Positions 38,554 to 48,266 of a stretch of 64,000 bases of DNA are shown piece by piece. Positions within the stretch are counted from its first letter, which is position 1, and every line of letters starts with the position of its first letter. The notes beneath the pieces were generated by a model. That model saw nothing but the letters and a program-made list of their open reading frames with translations, was not told where the DNA came from and did no database searches. The stretch spans positions 7,832 through 71,831 of the forward strand of contig JAEUSY010000025.1 in NCBI GenBank assembly GCA_016788295.1, in the 5' to 3' direction. Position numbers and translations under genes: made by a program. Source of the DNA: Flavobacteriales bacterium. GTDB taxonomy: Bacteria; Bacteroidota; Bacteroidia; Flavobacteriales_F; PHOS-HE28.

Positions 38554-38955
38554 TCAGAAAGCTCCGCTGCTGGGCTGAATGAGCCAGATCGCATCTTTAC
38601 AGTGCAGCAAGGTGAACACAAAACCGATCGCACATCCACTTATGAAGATCCAAACGCGCGCGCGATCCCAGTAACGCATCCAACTTGTACCCATCAGCAA
38701 GAACTCGGGAATATACACCACCGAATAGCAGGCGTTCGCTCCTACAAATCCAACAAGTAGATAGAATAGGATCGCAAGCAGGTCACTACTCATGTCAGCG
38801 ACTGCTGCACCGATCACTTCCGACGACAGTAATACAAGTGCTGTAGGTATGAGCAGTAGCCCCAAGAAGATGATCCTACGGCGTTCCCAATAGACCAATC
38901 GTTGGTTGCGATAGTAACGCAGCGATGTAGATATCACAGGGCTTTGGTCCACCAT
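38554..38955 (-). CDS. Hypothetical membrane protein, lower GC than flanks
   Basis: YWERRRIIF followed by three hydrophobic segments. Confidence 0.6.
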   Translation of the reverse strand: MVDQSPVISTSLRYYRNQRLVYWERRRIIFLGLLLIPTALVLLSSEVIGAAVADMSSDLLAILFYLLVGFVGANACYSVVYIPEFLLMGTSWMRYWDRARVWIFISGCAIGFVFTLLHCKDAIWLIQPSSGAF

Positions 38956-39033
38956 GGCAATTTACCCAGACAAACGCTGCCTTGCTTCGAATAGTTGTCA
39001 TTGCACCACACAAAGACCGGGGCGCCGGTTGGA

Positions 39034-40275
39034 CTACAGCCCCAACAACACCTCGCCCGGATCCTTGCCTCCGAAGACCAGCTTGTTCGGGTCCTCGATC
39101 ATTTCCTTCACCTTGTACAGGAAGCTCACGCTCTCCTTGCCGTCGATGATGCGGTGATCGTAGCTGAGGGCCACGTACATGATGGGGCGGATCACCACCT
39201 GACCGTTCACGGCCACCGGGCGCTCCACGATGTTGTGCATGCCTAAAATGGCGCTCTGCGGCGGGTTGATGATGGGCGTGCTGAGCATACTGCCGAACAC
39301 GCCGCCATTGGTGATGGTGAAGGTGCCACCGGTCATCTCATCGATGCTCAACTTGCCATCACGCGCTTTGATGGCGAGCTCCTTGATCTTCGCCTCGATC
39401 TCCGCCAAGGTCATGCGCTCGGCGTTGCGCACAATGGGCACCATCAGCCCCTTCGGACTGCTTACCGCAATACCGATGTCGGCGTAGTCGAAGGTGACGA
39501 TCTCCTCGCCTTGGATCTGGCCGCCGACCGTGGGATACAGGCGCAGCGCTTCGGTCACGGCCTTTGTGAAGAAGCTCATGAAGCCCAGGTTCACGCCCTT
39601 CTGCTCCTTGAACTTGTCCTTGTACTTGTCGCGCAGGGCCATCACCGCGCTCATGTCCACCTCATTGAAGGTGGTGAGCATGGCGGTCTGGTTCTTCACG
39701 CTCACCAAGCGTTCGGCCACCTTCTTGCGCAGAGTGGTCATCTTGGCGCGGCTGTCGTTGCGCGTGCCGCCCCAGCCGTTCATGAGCTTGTCGCTGGCAT
39801 CCACGCCACCGGCGATGTAGGCTTCCACATCGCTCTTGGTGATGCGGCCATTGGGGCCACTTCCTTTCACTTTGCTGGCATCCACGCCTTTCTCATCGAG
39901 CATGGCCTTGGCCACGGGCGTGGCATGTGCAACGGATGCAGCAGTCGTCGCAGCAGCTGCAGGAGCGGGTGCTGGGGCCGCGGCCTTCTTCTCCTCCTTC
40001 ACCGGCTTCTCCTCCTTCTCCTTTTTCTCGGCCTTCACGCTGGTATCGATCCGCGCCACCACATCGCCCACGTTCACCGTGGCATCGGCCTCGGCGAGCA
40101 GTTCCACTTTGCCTTCGGCCTCGGCGCTCAATTCCAGCGTTGCCTTGTCGCTATCGATCTCGGCAAGCACCTGGTCCTTGGTCACCACATCGCCGCTCTT
40201 CACGAGCCATTGCGCAATGCGTACTTCACTGATGCTCTCTCCGGGGCTGGGGACCTTGATATCGACGATTGCCAT
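39034..40275 (-). CDS. sucB: Dihydrolipoyllysine-residue succinyltransferase (E2o)
   Basis: EIDSDKA lipoyl motif, E3-binding domain, [11 protein letters not shown]. Confidence 0.97.
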   Translation of the reverse strand: MAIVDIKVPSPGESISEVRIAQWLVKSGDVVTKDQVLAEIDSDKATLELSAEAEGKVELLAEADATVNVGDVVARIDTSVKAEKKEKEEKPVKEEKKAAAPAPAPAAAATTAASVAHATPVAKAMLDEKGVDASKVKGSGPNGRITKSDVEAYIAGGVDASDKLMNGWGGTRNDSRAKMTTLRKKVAERLVSVKNQTAMLTTFNEVDMSAVMALRDKYKDKFKEQKGVNLGFMSFFTKAVTEALRLYPTVGGQIQGEEIVTFDYADIGIAVSSPKGLMVPIVRNAERMTLAEIEAKIKELAIKARDGKLSIDEMTGGTFTITNGGVFGSMLSTPIINPPQSAILGMHNIVERPVAVNGQVVIRPIMYVALSYDHRIIDGKESVSFLYKVKEMIEDPNKLVFGGKDPGEVLLGL

Positions 40276-40288
40276 TGCTTGTTCTTAG

Positions 40289-40406
40289 TTGAAGACTCAA
40301 GTCTCAAGACACAAGGCTCAAGTGTCAAGTCTCGAGTGTTTGGTGGTTCCTCTTTTGTCTTCGGAATTGGATCTTGTGTCTTGACCCTTGTGACTTGTGT
40401 CTTGTT
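40289..40406. repeat. Two inverted arrays of degenerate heptamers
   Basis: 7 units near CTCAAGT (40289-40337) facing 8 units near TCTTGTG (40351-40406). Confidence 0.85.
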
Positions 40407-43171
40407 CAGGCCTTTACAGCGGTGGCCGACTTGCTGAACGCCTGCTCGATGATGGCGATCTGCTGGTTGGCGCTGCGCTTGCTGCTGCCGGTGGCGGGCG
40501 CCCCGCTGGCCGGACGGCTGATGCACTCGAAGGTGATGCCGAGCGCGGGCTGTGCGTTCATGAGGATGTGTGTCCACGCGCCCATGTTGCGGGGCTCTTC
40601 CTGTACCCAGATGTAACGCTCGGCCTTACCGTATTTCTTGATCACGGCCTGCATCTGCTCAATGGGCAGCGGGTGCAGTTGCTCAACGCGCACCAACGCG
40701 GTGTCAGTGATACCATTCTTGTCCCGATGCTCGGCCAGGTCGTAGTGCACCTTGCCTTGCGTGAAGATCACAGTACGCACCTTCTTCGTATCGGCACTTG
40801 CATCGTCGATCAGCTCTTGGAAGCCGCCCGTGACGAGCTCGTCCAACTTGCTTAAGCAACGCGGGTGGCGCAGCAGGCTCTTGGGGCTGAACACCACCAG
40901 CGGCTTGCGGAAATCCCACGCCAGTTGGCGGCGGATGATGTGGAAGAAGTTGGCCGGCGTGGTGCAGTTGGCCACCACCATGTTCAGCTCGGCGCAGCTG
41001 CTGAGAAAGCGCTCCAGACGTGCGCTGCTGTGCTCTGCGCCCTGGCCCTCATACCCGTGTGGCAGCAGCAGCATGATGCCGTTCTGCGTGTTCCACTTCT
41101 CCTCGGCGCAGCACAGGTACTGGTCCAATATGATCTGCGCACCGTTCACGAAATCGCCGAACTGCGCCTCCCAAATGGTGAGCGTGTTCGGGTTGGTGAG
41201 CGCATAGCCGTACTCGAAGCCGAGCACCGCGTATTCGCTCAGCAGCGAGTTGTAGATCTGGAAGAGCGCCTGGCCCTCCTGGATGTTCTTCAGGTGGATG
41301 TACTCCTCCTCGCTGTCCTCCACCTTCACCACGGCATGGCGATGGCTGAAGGTGCCGCGCTCCACATCCTGTCCGGTGAAACGCACGGGGTGCCCTTCCA
41401 CCAACAACGAGCCGTAAGCGAGCAGTTCGGCCATGCCCCAATCCAGGGTCTCATCGGCCATCATCTTCTTGCGGTCGTTCAGGATCTTCTCCAGCTTGCT
41501 GAAGAACTTCTTGCCTTCGGGGTGCAGCTCGGTAAGCTTCTCGCCGATCTTCTTCAGCACCTCCTTTTTCACCCCCGTTGCGGGCGACTTTCGGAAGTCC
41601 TTGGCCTCGGCACGCTTGAAGCCTTTCCAGCGCTCGGCCATGAAGTTGGTGATCCTGCCCACGCGCACCTGCTTGGCCTCGTTGAGGCGCTCATCGAGCA
41701 TGGCGGTGAAGGACCGCTCCATGTCCTGCGCAAGTTCACGTGCACCTTCCACCCCACTGGCCAGCAGTTTCTCGGTGTACAGCTCGCGCGGATCGGGGTG
41801 CTTGGCAATGGCCTTGTAAAGCACCGGCTGGGTGAACTTGGGCTCGTCGCCCTCGTTGTGCCCGTGCTTGCGGTAGCAGAGGATGTCCACCCAGATGTCG
41901 GTGCCGTACTTCTGGCGGTAGTCCATGGCCAGCTTCATGGTGTAGGCCACGGCCTCGGCATCATCGCCATTCACATGGAACACCGGGCACTGCGTCACTT
42001 TCGCCACATCGGTACAGTAGGTGCTGGTGCGTGCATCGATGTAGTTGGTGGTGAAGCCCACCTGGTTGTTCACCACGATATGGATGGTGCCGCCCACCTC
42101 ATAGGCCTTGAGGCCGGCCATCTGAACCACTTCGTACACCACGCCCTGCCCGGCCACGGCCGCATCGCCATGGATCAGTATCGGGGCCGTAATGCCCTTC
42201 TCGAACTTGTCGTCATGCTCAATAATGGCGCGCGCGATGCCTTCCATCACCGGACCCACACTTTCCAAATGGCTGGGGTTGGGGGCCAGGGTAAGGCGCA
42301 CGTCCTTGCCCTTGTTGGTCTTCACCACCGAGCTATAGCCCATGTGGTACTTCACATCGCCTTCCACCAGCGAATCCTCGTAGTCCTTGCCCTCGAACTC
42401 GCTGAAGATCTGGTCGTAGCTCTTACGCAGCGTATTGGCCAGCACGTTGAGGCGACCGCGGTGCGCCATGCCGATCACGTACTCGGTAACGCCGAGTTCA
42501 GCGCCATGCTCGATCACGGTATCCAACGCGGGGATCAGGGCCTCGGCGCCTTCAATGCTGAAGCGCTTCGCGCCGATGAACTTCTTACCCAGGAAGCGTT
42601 CGAAGACCACGGCCTCGTTCAACTTCTCCAGGATGTCCTTTTTCTGCTCGATGGTGAAGTCGGGCTGGTTGCGCACGCTTTCCATGCGCTGCTGCAGCCA
42701 CTTCACCTTTTCGGGGTTACGGATGAAGCGGAACTCGGCACCGATGCTCTGGCAGTAGGTCTGCTCCAGCAGGGCGATGATGTCGCGCAGTTTGGCGGGA
42801 CCGAGACCCACCTCGTTGCCGGCACCGAACACGGTGTCCAGGTCGGCATCGCTTAGCCCGTAGGTGGCCAGGTCCAAGGGCGGGCTGTACTTGCGGCGCT
42901 CGCGTACCGGATTGGTGCGGGTGAACAGGTGGCCGCGCTGGCGGTAGGCGTTGATGAAATCGAGCACCAGGAACTCCTTGCGCAACAGCTCATCGCCACC
43001 GGACTTGAACTGTACCCCGGGCAGGGTATCGAAGGAGGTGCGGGCCAGTTCGAACCCTTCGAAGAAGCGGGCCCAACCGGCATCGACGCTCGCGGGGTCC
43101 TTTTGGAACTGTTGGTACAGGTCGTCCAGCCAAGCGCTGTCGACGTTGCTGAGGTAGGAATACTTGTCCAT
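40406..43171 (-). CDS. sucA: 2-oxoglutarate dehydrogenase E1
   Basis: GMAHRGRLNVL, GDVKYH, HGDAAVAGQG, WEAQFGDF, PHGYEGQGAEHSS. Confidence 0.97.
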   Translation of the reverse strand: MDKYSYLSNVDSAWLDDLYQQFQKDPASVDAGWARFFEGFELARTSFDTLPGVQFKSGGDELLRKEFLVLDFINAYRQRGHLFTRTNPVRERRKYSPPLDLATYGLSDADLDTVFGAGNEVGLGPAKLRDIIALLEQTYCQSIGAEFRFIRNPEKVKWLQQRMESVRNQPDFTIEQKKDILEKLNEAVVFERFLGKKFIGAKRFSIEGAEALIPALDTVIEHGAELGVTEYVIGMAHRGRLNVLANTLRKSYDQIFSEFEGKDYEDSLVEGDVKYHMGYSSVVKTNKGKDVRLTLAPNPSHLESVGPVMEGIARAIIEHDDKFEKGITAPILIHGDAAVAGQGVVYEVVQMAGLKAYEVGGTIHIVVNNQVGFTTNYIDARTSTYCTDVAKVTQCPVFHVNGDDAEAVAYTMKLAMDYRQKYGTDIWVDILCYRKHGHNEGDEPKFTQPVLYKAIAKHPDPRELYTEKLLASGVEGARELAQDMERSFTAMLDERLNEAKQVRVGRITNFMAERWKGFKRAEAKDFRKSPATGVKKEVLKKIGEKLTELHPEGKKFFSKLEKILNDRKKMMADETLDWGMAELLAYGSLLVEGHPVRFTGQDVERGTFSHRHAVVKVEDSEEEYIHLKNIQEGQALFQIYNSLLSEYAVLGFEYGYALTNPNTLTIWEAQFGDFVNGAQIILDQYLCCAEEKWNTQNGIMLLLPHGYEGQGAEHSSARLERFLSSCAELNMVVANCTTPANFFHIIRRQLAWDFRKPLVVFSPKSLLRHPRCLSKLDELVTGGFQELIDDASADTKKVRTVIFTQGKVHYDLAEHRDKNGITDTALVRVEQLHPLPIEQMQAVIKKYGKAERYIWVQEEPRNMGAWTHILMNAQPALGITFECISRPASGAPATGSSKRSANQQIAIIEQAFSKSATAVKA

Positions 43172-43298
43172 GTAAGGGTTCCGGGGATCCTGAGGGCAAA
43201 GGTAGGTCTTGGGGCGTGCGTTCTACGACGAAAAGAGGGGCGTTGTTCGGGGCGGAAGGCCCTGACCGCCCCACCGGGAACGAATACGGGCCCGGAGC

Positions 43299-43664
43299 TC
43301 AGAACCGGCCCGCGAACCGCAAGCGTGTGAGCACCTTCTGCAGGGCCCGCAGCACGCATTCCCCGGCCAGTGAATGCAGCCCGCCCAGTGACATGGTACG
43401 GCGCAGATGGGCCTCCGGGATGTCCACCCGGTACATGGCCGTTTGAAGGCCGGTGGTGCTCTGGCGTTGCAGTTCCTCCAAACGGGGCAGCACGGCGGCA
43501 CGAAGGACCTCGAAGGTCTCTTCGCTCACCTCCGGCACGGGCAGTTCGGCATCGGACAAGGAAAGGTCCTTGCGCAACTGGGCCACGGTGGAGGCCAGCA
43601 ACTCGGCGCGGTCCAGGAAACGCTGGACGCCCTCATTCCCCGGTTTCGACAGGTCGTTGTTCAC
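43299..43664 (-). CDS. Hypothetical cytoplasmic protein
   Basis: QLRKDL...MYRVDIPE...LQKVLTR pattern; probable GTG start. Confidence 0.7.
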   Translation of the reverse strand: MNNDLSKPGNEGVQRFLDRAELLASTVAQLRKDLSLSDAELPVPEVSEETFEVLRAAVLPRLEELQRQSTTGLQTAMYRVDIPEAHLRRTMSLGGLHSLAGECVLRALQKVLTRLRFAGRF

Positions 43665-43767
43665 GCTGAGCCCAAGTGGCACAAAGGTCGGCGACGGCTG
43701 GCACTATTTTCGCCGGGCAGCCGCGTTCCATTTACCGGACCAAGCAACGAACAACGACCAGCAACCC

Positions 43768-44646
43768 ATGCGCACTTTCCTTCTCTCCTTGTTCTCCGCC
43801 CTTACCGTGCTCACCGCCACCGCCCAGTACGGCAGTTTCGATGCCGCCGCGGTAAAAGCCGCCAAGGCCACCACCACCATCGTGGTGCTCGACGACGGCG
43901 ATTCGCCCTACAACCGCACCATCATGGACGCCATGAAGGTGAACTGGAAATTCACCGGCAACCTGGAGTTCGTGAAAGTGAGCGAGCTGGCCGCACAACC
44001 GATCACACCGGACAAGACCTACCTGCTGAAGACCGCGAAGGTGGACCCCGTGAAGTTCGAGGCCACCTTCCTCGCCTTGGTGAAAGGCTGGAAACAGAAA
44101 AAAGGCGAGACGCTTCAGCAGAAGGACAACGCCTTCACCAGCATTCCGTCCGAACACGAGCTCGCCTTCATCATGATGGACCCGAAGGCGATCAATGCGA
44201 ACGAGAACACGGCGATGCTGACGGTGTACGTGAAGCACCTCCAGGACTACCTGAAGCAGGTGGAGGGCGGCAAGATCACCGACAAGGCCACGGCAGACCG
44301 CCTCTACGCCGGCCGCACCCGTTTGATCCGCGACACCGAACTGCACATTGGGCAGGCCCACCTGGACAAAAGCCTCACTGACCTGGCGAAGGTGCAGGAG
44401 AGCTACACGGCACCTGTAAAACTGGAGCCCGTGAAGGTGATGATGCAGGCCGTGGAAGCACAGGACCGCACCATCACGGTGACCGACGTGCTGCTGACCG
44501 GCGACTACAAGACGAAGCATTGCTTCAAGCGCATCTTCAACGCGGGCACCGGCGAGCTGATGTACCAAGGCGATGATGCCGCCCTGGCCGGGAAGAAGGA
44601 AGGCATCCTGGCGCAGGACCTGCTGAACGTGATGCGCGCCCGCTAA
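43768..44646 (+). CDS. Hypothetical exported protein
   Basis: Signal peptide ATA-Q; strong GC3 codon bias. Confidence 0.8.
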   Translation: MRTFLLSLFSALTVLTATAQYGSFDAAAVKAAKATTTIVVLDDGDSPYNRTIMDAMKVNWKFTGNLEFVKVSELAAQPITPDKTYLLKTAKVDPVKFEATFLALVKGWKQKKGETLQQKDNAFTSIPSEHELAFIMMDPKAINANENTAMLTVYVKHLQDYLKQVEGGKITDKATADRLYAGRTRLIRDTELHIGQAHLDKSLTDLAKVQESYTAPVKLEPVKVMMQAVEAQDRTITVTDVLLTGDYKTKHCFKRIFNAGTGELMYQGDDAALAGKKEGILAQDLLNVMRAR

Positions 44647-44656
44647 GCCGCAGACC

Positions 44657-45190
44657 ATGAGCACCCAACGATCGCTGCTGCTGGCCGGGGCGATCGTTGG
44701 GTGTTCGCTTTTCAGCCCGGCGCAGACGGAGCAGCGCACCAGTCTTTGGTCGCCAGGTGGCGGGCTGGGTATGAGCCTGCAAGGGCCTATTGGGCTGGAG
44801 GCCCATGGCAATTACCTGTGGCTAAAGGAGCCAAAGCTTCACGGAAGTTCCTTCTACATGATCGGTCCGGAGCTGGCCTTGGGTGCCTACTTCGACGACC
44901 GCGCATTTACCGGACAACGGTTGGGCCTTCGCCAGATCTGGTGCCCGAGCGGATACATTGGTCTTTCTGTAACGGGCGGGGTTGAGAACTACACCCGATC
45001 GTTGTCTTTGGAGGACACACGTGCCTTCGTGCAGACCGGCATTTGTTTGATCGGCCTGTTCAGTATTGAGTACGGCAAGGGCATGCCGTTGACCAATGCC
45101 ACCGAACTGCCTACGACCGATCGCGTGGTGCTCCGTATTGACATCAACTACATGCTCGCTGTTGTCTTCGCGAAGGTGCCGTTGTCCTGA
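44657..45190 (+). CDS. Hypothetical exported beta-strand-rich protein
   Basis: Signal peptide, alternating Gly/hydrophobic strands. Confidence 0.6.
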   Translation: MSTQRSLLLAGAIVGCSLFSPAQTEQRTSLWSPGGGLGMSLQGPIGLEAHGNYLWLKEPKLHGSSFYMIGPELALGAYFDDRAFTGQRLGLRQIWCPSGYIGLSVTGGVENYTRSLSLEDTRAFVQTGICLIGLFSIEYGKGMPLTNATELPTTDRVVLRIDINYMLAVVFAKVPLS

Positions 45191-45308
45191 ACTGTAGGAA
45201 AGGACAACAAACCGGTGCCGATGCGCCACCAGGGCGTGCTTTCAACAAGCCCCGTCCATTGGGCGCATTGAAGTACAAGCAGCCTGAAGTGCGAATACCT
45301 TTCAACCC

Positions 45309-45647
45309 ATGATGGAAACTCCAGCACCGTCGACCCGCGCCTTCCTGAACGAACTGGACAGCGTCGCCGCATCGCCCCTGCTCGACCCCGCCTACCGCCG
45401 AAAAAAGCTGGTGTTCTGGACCATTCGCCAAGTGATCACCGTAGGGTTGGCCGTGTCGTTCTGGGACCTCGCATGGGTACGCTGGTTATTCGCTTTCGCC
45501 GTGGTGCTGGCCTTGTTCAACCTGGCCATGCTGTTCTGGGGAGGCGCCTTCCTGCAAAGGCGCATACAACGCGTAAGGGACCGGGTGATTGAACAAGAGG
45601 CCATGATGGATGCCGAGGACCGGGTCCAGGAAGATCAAAACCACTGA
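45309..45647 (+). CDS. Hypothetical two-TM membrane protein
   Basis: YRRKKLVFW followed by two hydrophobic helices. Confidence 0.7.
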   Translation: MMETPAPSTRAFLNELDSVAASPLLDPAYRRKKLVFWTIRQVITVGLAVSFWDLAWVRWLFAFAVVLALFNLAMLFWGGAFLQRRIQRVRDRVIEQEAMMDAEDRVQEDQNH

Positions 45648-45663
45648 ACGCAAGCCCTGCACC

Positions 45664-46197
45664 ATGGACCGCAAGGACAAGCTGCTGGCGCGCTTCTCAG
45701 AAATGGAAGTGGAACGAAGACACTTCCTGAGCAAGTTGGAGCATCTCGACCCATCACCTCTGGCTACTTCGCCGACGCCGGGTGCATGGTCGGTGGCCCA
45801 GGTGGTGCTGCATCTGGCCATCGCCGAAGCGCGGAGCATGGACTATTTGGAGAAAAAGCTGAAAGTGGGAGGCCACGCTAAGGTGGGTGCGGACGCCTTG
45901 TTCCGTCTCGCCCTGTTGCGCGCGGCCATGTTCCTGCCACTGCGTTACAAAGCCCCAGCCATCGTGGCCACCGTACCCGAGGTCTCGTTCAACGAGGCGT
46001 GCCATGAATGGGACCGGGTGCGCCAACGCATGGCAGCGCTCTATGCCGCACTTCCTTCAGAACTAGTGGCACATGACCTGTACAAGCACCCGGTCGCGGG
46101 CAAGATCGATGTGCTACAAGGACTCACCTTCATGGCGGACCATGTGCGCCACCATCGCGAACAGGTCCTCCGCACCATCCGTCAGTTGACCAAGTGA
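45664..46197 (+). CDS. DinB family protein
   Basis: WSVAQVVLHL, KHP..G, HVRHH..Q. Confidence 0.88.
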   Translation: MDRKDKLLARFSEMEVERRHFLSKLEHLDPSPLATSPTPGAWSVAQVVLHLAIAEARSMDYLEKKLKVGGHAKVGADALFRLALLRAAMFLPLRYKAPAIVATVPEVSFNEACHEWDRVRQRMAALYAALPSELVAHDLYKHPVAGKIDVLQGLTFMADHVRHHREQVLRTIRQLTK

Positions 46198-46228
46198 ACG
46201 GATGGCACTTAGCGGGTGTTCCGTGTTC

Positions 46229-46468
46229 ATGAGAACACTGCCTACAGCCGTACATGTGGTCACCGGAGCACTGTTGCTCAACATGCTCGTGGCATTCATC
46301 CACCTACCCGTGTGGGTCTATTTTCTCCTTTTCGCGGCCGCTCCGTTCCTGATGGTTTGGCTGGCCTGGACCATACTCCGCGACAAAAGCGTTCCAATGC
46401 GGGAATTAGAGGATGGTGCCGAATGGGGCTATCAGGACAGGACGGACATCGGCCCCGTAAGGGATTGA
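46229..46468 (+). CDS. Small two-TM membrane protein
   Basis: Two hydrophobic helices and EWGYQD tail. Confidence 0.65.
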   Translation: MRTLPTAVHVVTGALLLNMLVAFIHLPVWVYFLLFAAAPFLMVWLAWTILRDKSVPMRELEDGAEWGYQDRTDIGPVRD

Positions 46469-46521
46469 ACTTGCCCGCCGTGCGCGGACAGGGGTATCTT
46501 GGCGCATTCACGAAAACTGCC

Positions 46522-48192
46522 ATGACCCTGCGCGCCTTAGCCCTGTTGGTCCTCTTTCCTGTGGTATCCCCCTTGCTTGCCATCCACCTGCCCGGTGGCA
46601 CCATTACCTGGCGCTGCATTGGAGGGAACTTCCACGAGGTGGAACTGCACGTATGGCGCGAATGCAGCGGCAACGCCATGCAGCCTCAGACCATCAGCTT
46701 CAGCAATGACTGTGGTGTGGCTTTCAACGTGAGCGGTCTGGAACCCGTTGAGGTGCTCAATGTGAGCCAGGTGTGTACGAGTGAACTAGGAACGACCAAC
46801 TGCAACGGCGGCGGTGTGGCAGGGATCGAACGCTACATCTATCGCACCACGGTCTTCTTGAGCCCGTGCAACGCCTGGACCTTCAGCTGGGACATTTGCT
46901 GCCGTAACAATTCGTTGAACATCGAACCCAGCCAGGGTCTGCATCTGGAAGCCCGGCTGAACAATCTTGCCCAGAACTGCGATGCATCTCCAACGTTCGC
47001 GCACAACGGAGTGCCCTTGGTGTGCGTAGGTCAGCCTGTGAACTACGATCCAGGCGCCATCGATCCCGATGGTCACCGGCTCCGCTTCAGCCTGGTGGAT
47101 GCGCTGCTCTATAACCCCGTGGTAGCGCCCGTGGCCTACTCCAACGGATTCACAGGCGCGCAACCATATACGGGCATGAGCATCGATACGCTTACCGGGC
47201 GCCTCAGCTTCACACCCGACCTGCAGGGCTACGTGGTGGTGTCCATGTTGGTGGAGGAATTCCGTGCGGATGGTGTGTTCATCGGAAGTGTCGTCCGTGA
47301 TTTCCCGTTCATCGTGCAGGCATGCACCAACACGGTACCATCGGCCAATGCCGGAGGCTTCCAGAGCGTAACGGGAGCCACGGTACTGGGGCCATACGAG
47401 CTTGAAGCATGCGCGGGAACAAGCGTCTGTTGCGAGTTGAATTACACCGACGCCGATGCTAACACGGTACTGCAACAGATCAACACCATCGCAGCAGCAT
47501 TACCCGGCGTCGAGATCGACACTCTGGACACTTCACCCCTGACACTCGGTCTTTGTTGGCAAGTGCCTGCGAACGCATCAGGCATCCGTCGCTTTACCAC
47601 ACTGGTGCTGGACGATGCCTGTCCCTACCGCGGCCTGCAGACCTTCAGCTACATCATCCGCATTGCACAGCCACCGAACGCCGGAGGCGATGGACAGGCC
47701 AGCTATTGCACATTGGCCGAACCCTTCGCACTGAGCGACAGCCTCACAGGCACACCTACACCGTTCGGGCAATGGACCGGACCCGATGGTGAAAGCACCG
47801 GCATTTTCGTTCCGGGCATCGGCACGCCGGGCACCTACACCTATATGGTGCAGAACAGTGCCGGCTGCTCCGACAGCGCCGTGGTTGTCGTAGATCCGTT
47901 GCCCAGCTCGGACCCGCTCTGCATCCTCCTTGGCACATCGCCCGCACACACTCACGCGTTCAGGGCAGGTCCGAACCCCACATCGGGCACACTGCAGATC
48001 GAAGGCGCCCAAGGACTTCGGCACGTGGAGCTGATGGACGCACAAGGTCGCATCACCTGGCTGCGCGCGCTCAACGCCGAAAGCAGAATGACCGTGGAAC
48101 TGCCGGGCCAGGTGGCCAACGGGGTGTACCTGCTGATCATGAGCAATGCATTCGGCGAACGCACCACACAGCGCATCGCCATACAACGTTGA
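46522..48192 (+). CDS. T9SS type-A CTD protein sharing its N-terminal head with the giant protein
   Basis: HLPGGTITW.C.G, GIERY.Y, W..CCRNN, ARLNN, CVGQPV; CTD GPNPT...GVYLL. Confidence 0.88.
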   Translation: MTLRALALLVLFPVVSPLLAIHLPGGTITWRCIGGNFHEVELHVWRECSGNAMQPQTISFSNDCGVAFNVSGLEPVEVLNVSQVCTSELGTTNCNGGGVAGIERYIYRTTVFLSPCNAWTFSWDICCRNNSLNIEPSQGLHLEARLNNLAQNCDASPTFAHNGVPLVCVGQPVNYDPGAIDPDGHRLRFSLVDALLYNPVVAPVAYSNGFTGAQPYTGMSIDTLTGRLSFTPDLQGYVVVSMLVEEFRADGVFIGSVVRDFPFIVQACTNTVPSANAGGFQSVTGATVLGPYELEACAGTSVCCELNYTDADANTVLQQINTIAAALPGVEIDTLDTSPLTLGLCWQVPANASGIRRFTTLVLDDACPYRGLQTFSYIIRIAQPPNAGGDGQASYCTLAEPFALSDSLTGTPTPFGQWTGPDGESTGIFVPGIGTPGTYTYMVQNSAGCSDSAVVVVDPLPSSDPLCILLGTSPAHTHAFRAGPNPTSGTLQIEGAQGLRHVELMDAQGRITWLRALNAESRMTVELPGQVANGVYLLIMSNAFGERTTQRIAIQR

Positions 48193-48266
48193 ACCGTACC
48201 TCGCCGGATCTGTTATCCTGCTGTTAATGCCGACCGCGCCGTTGTTGGTCCGCATTGATTTGCACC

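Noticed and set aside
40865-42856. 663-aa antisense ORF over sucA, and similar long antisense ORFs over tsf/pyrH, rpsB, rfbA, porE and kbl
   Set aside because: Shadow frames expected from strong GC3 codon bias; no recognisable motifs or start signals
39034-43171. sucA-sucB without lpd
   Set aside because: The E3 gene is commonly unlinked in Bacteroidota
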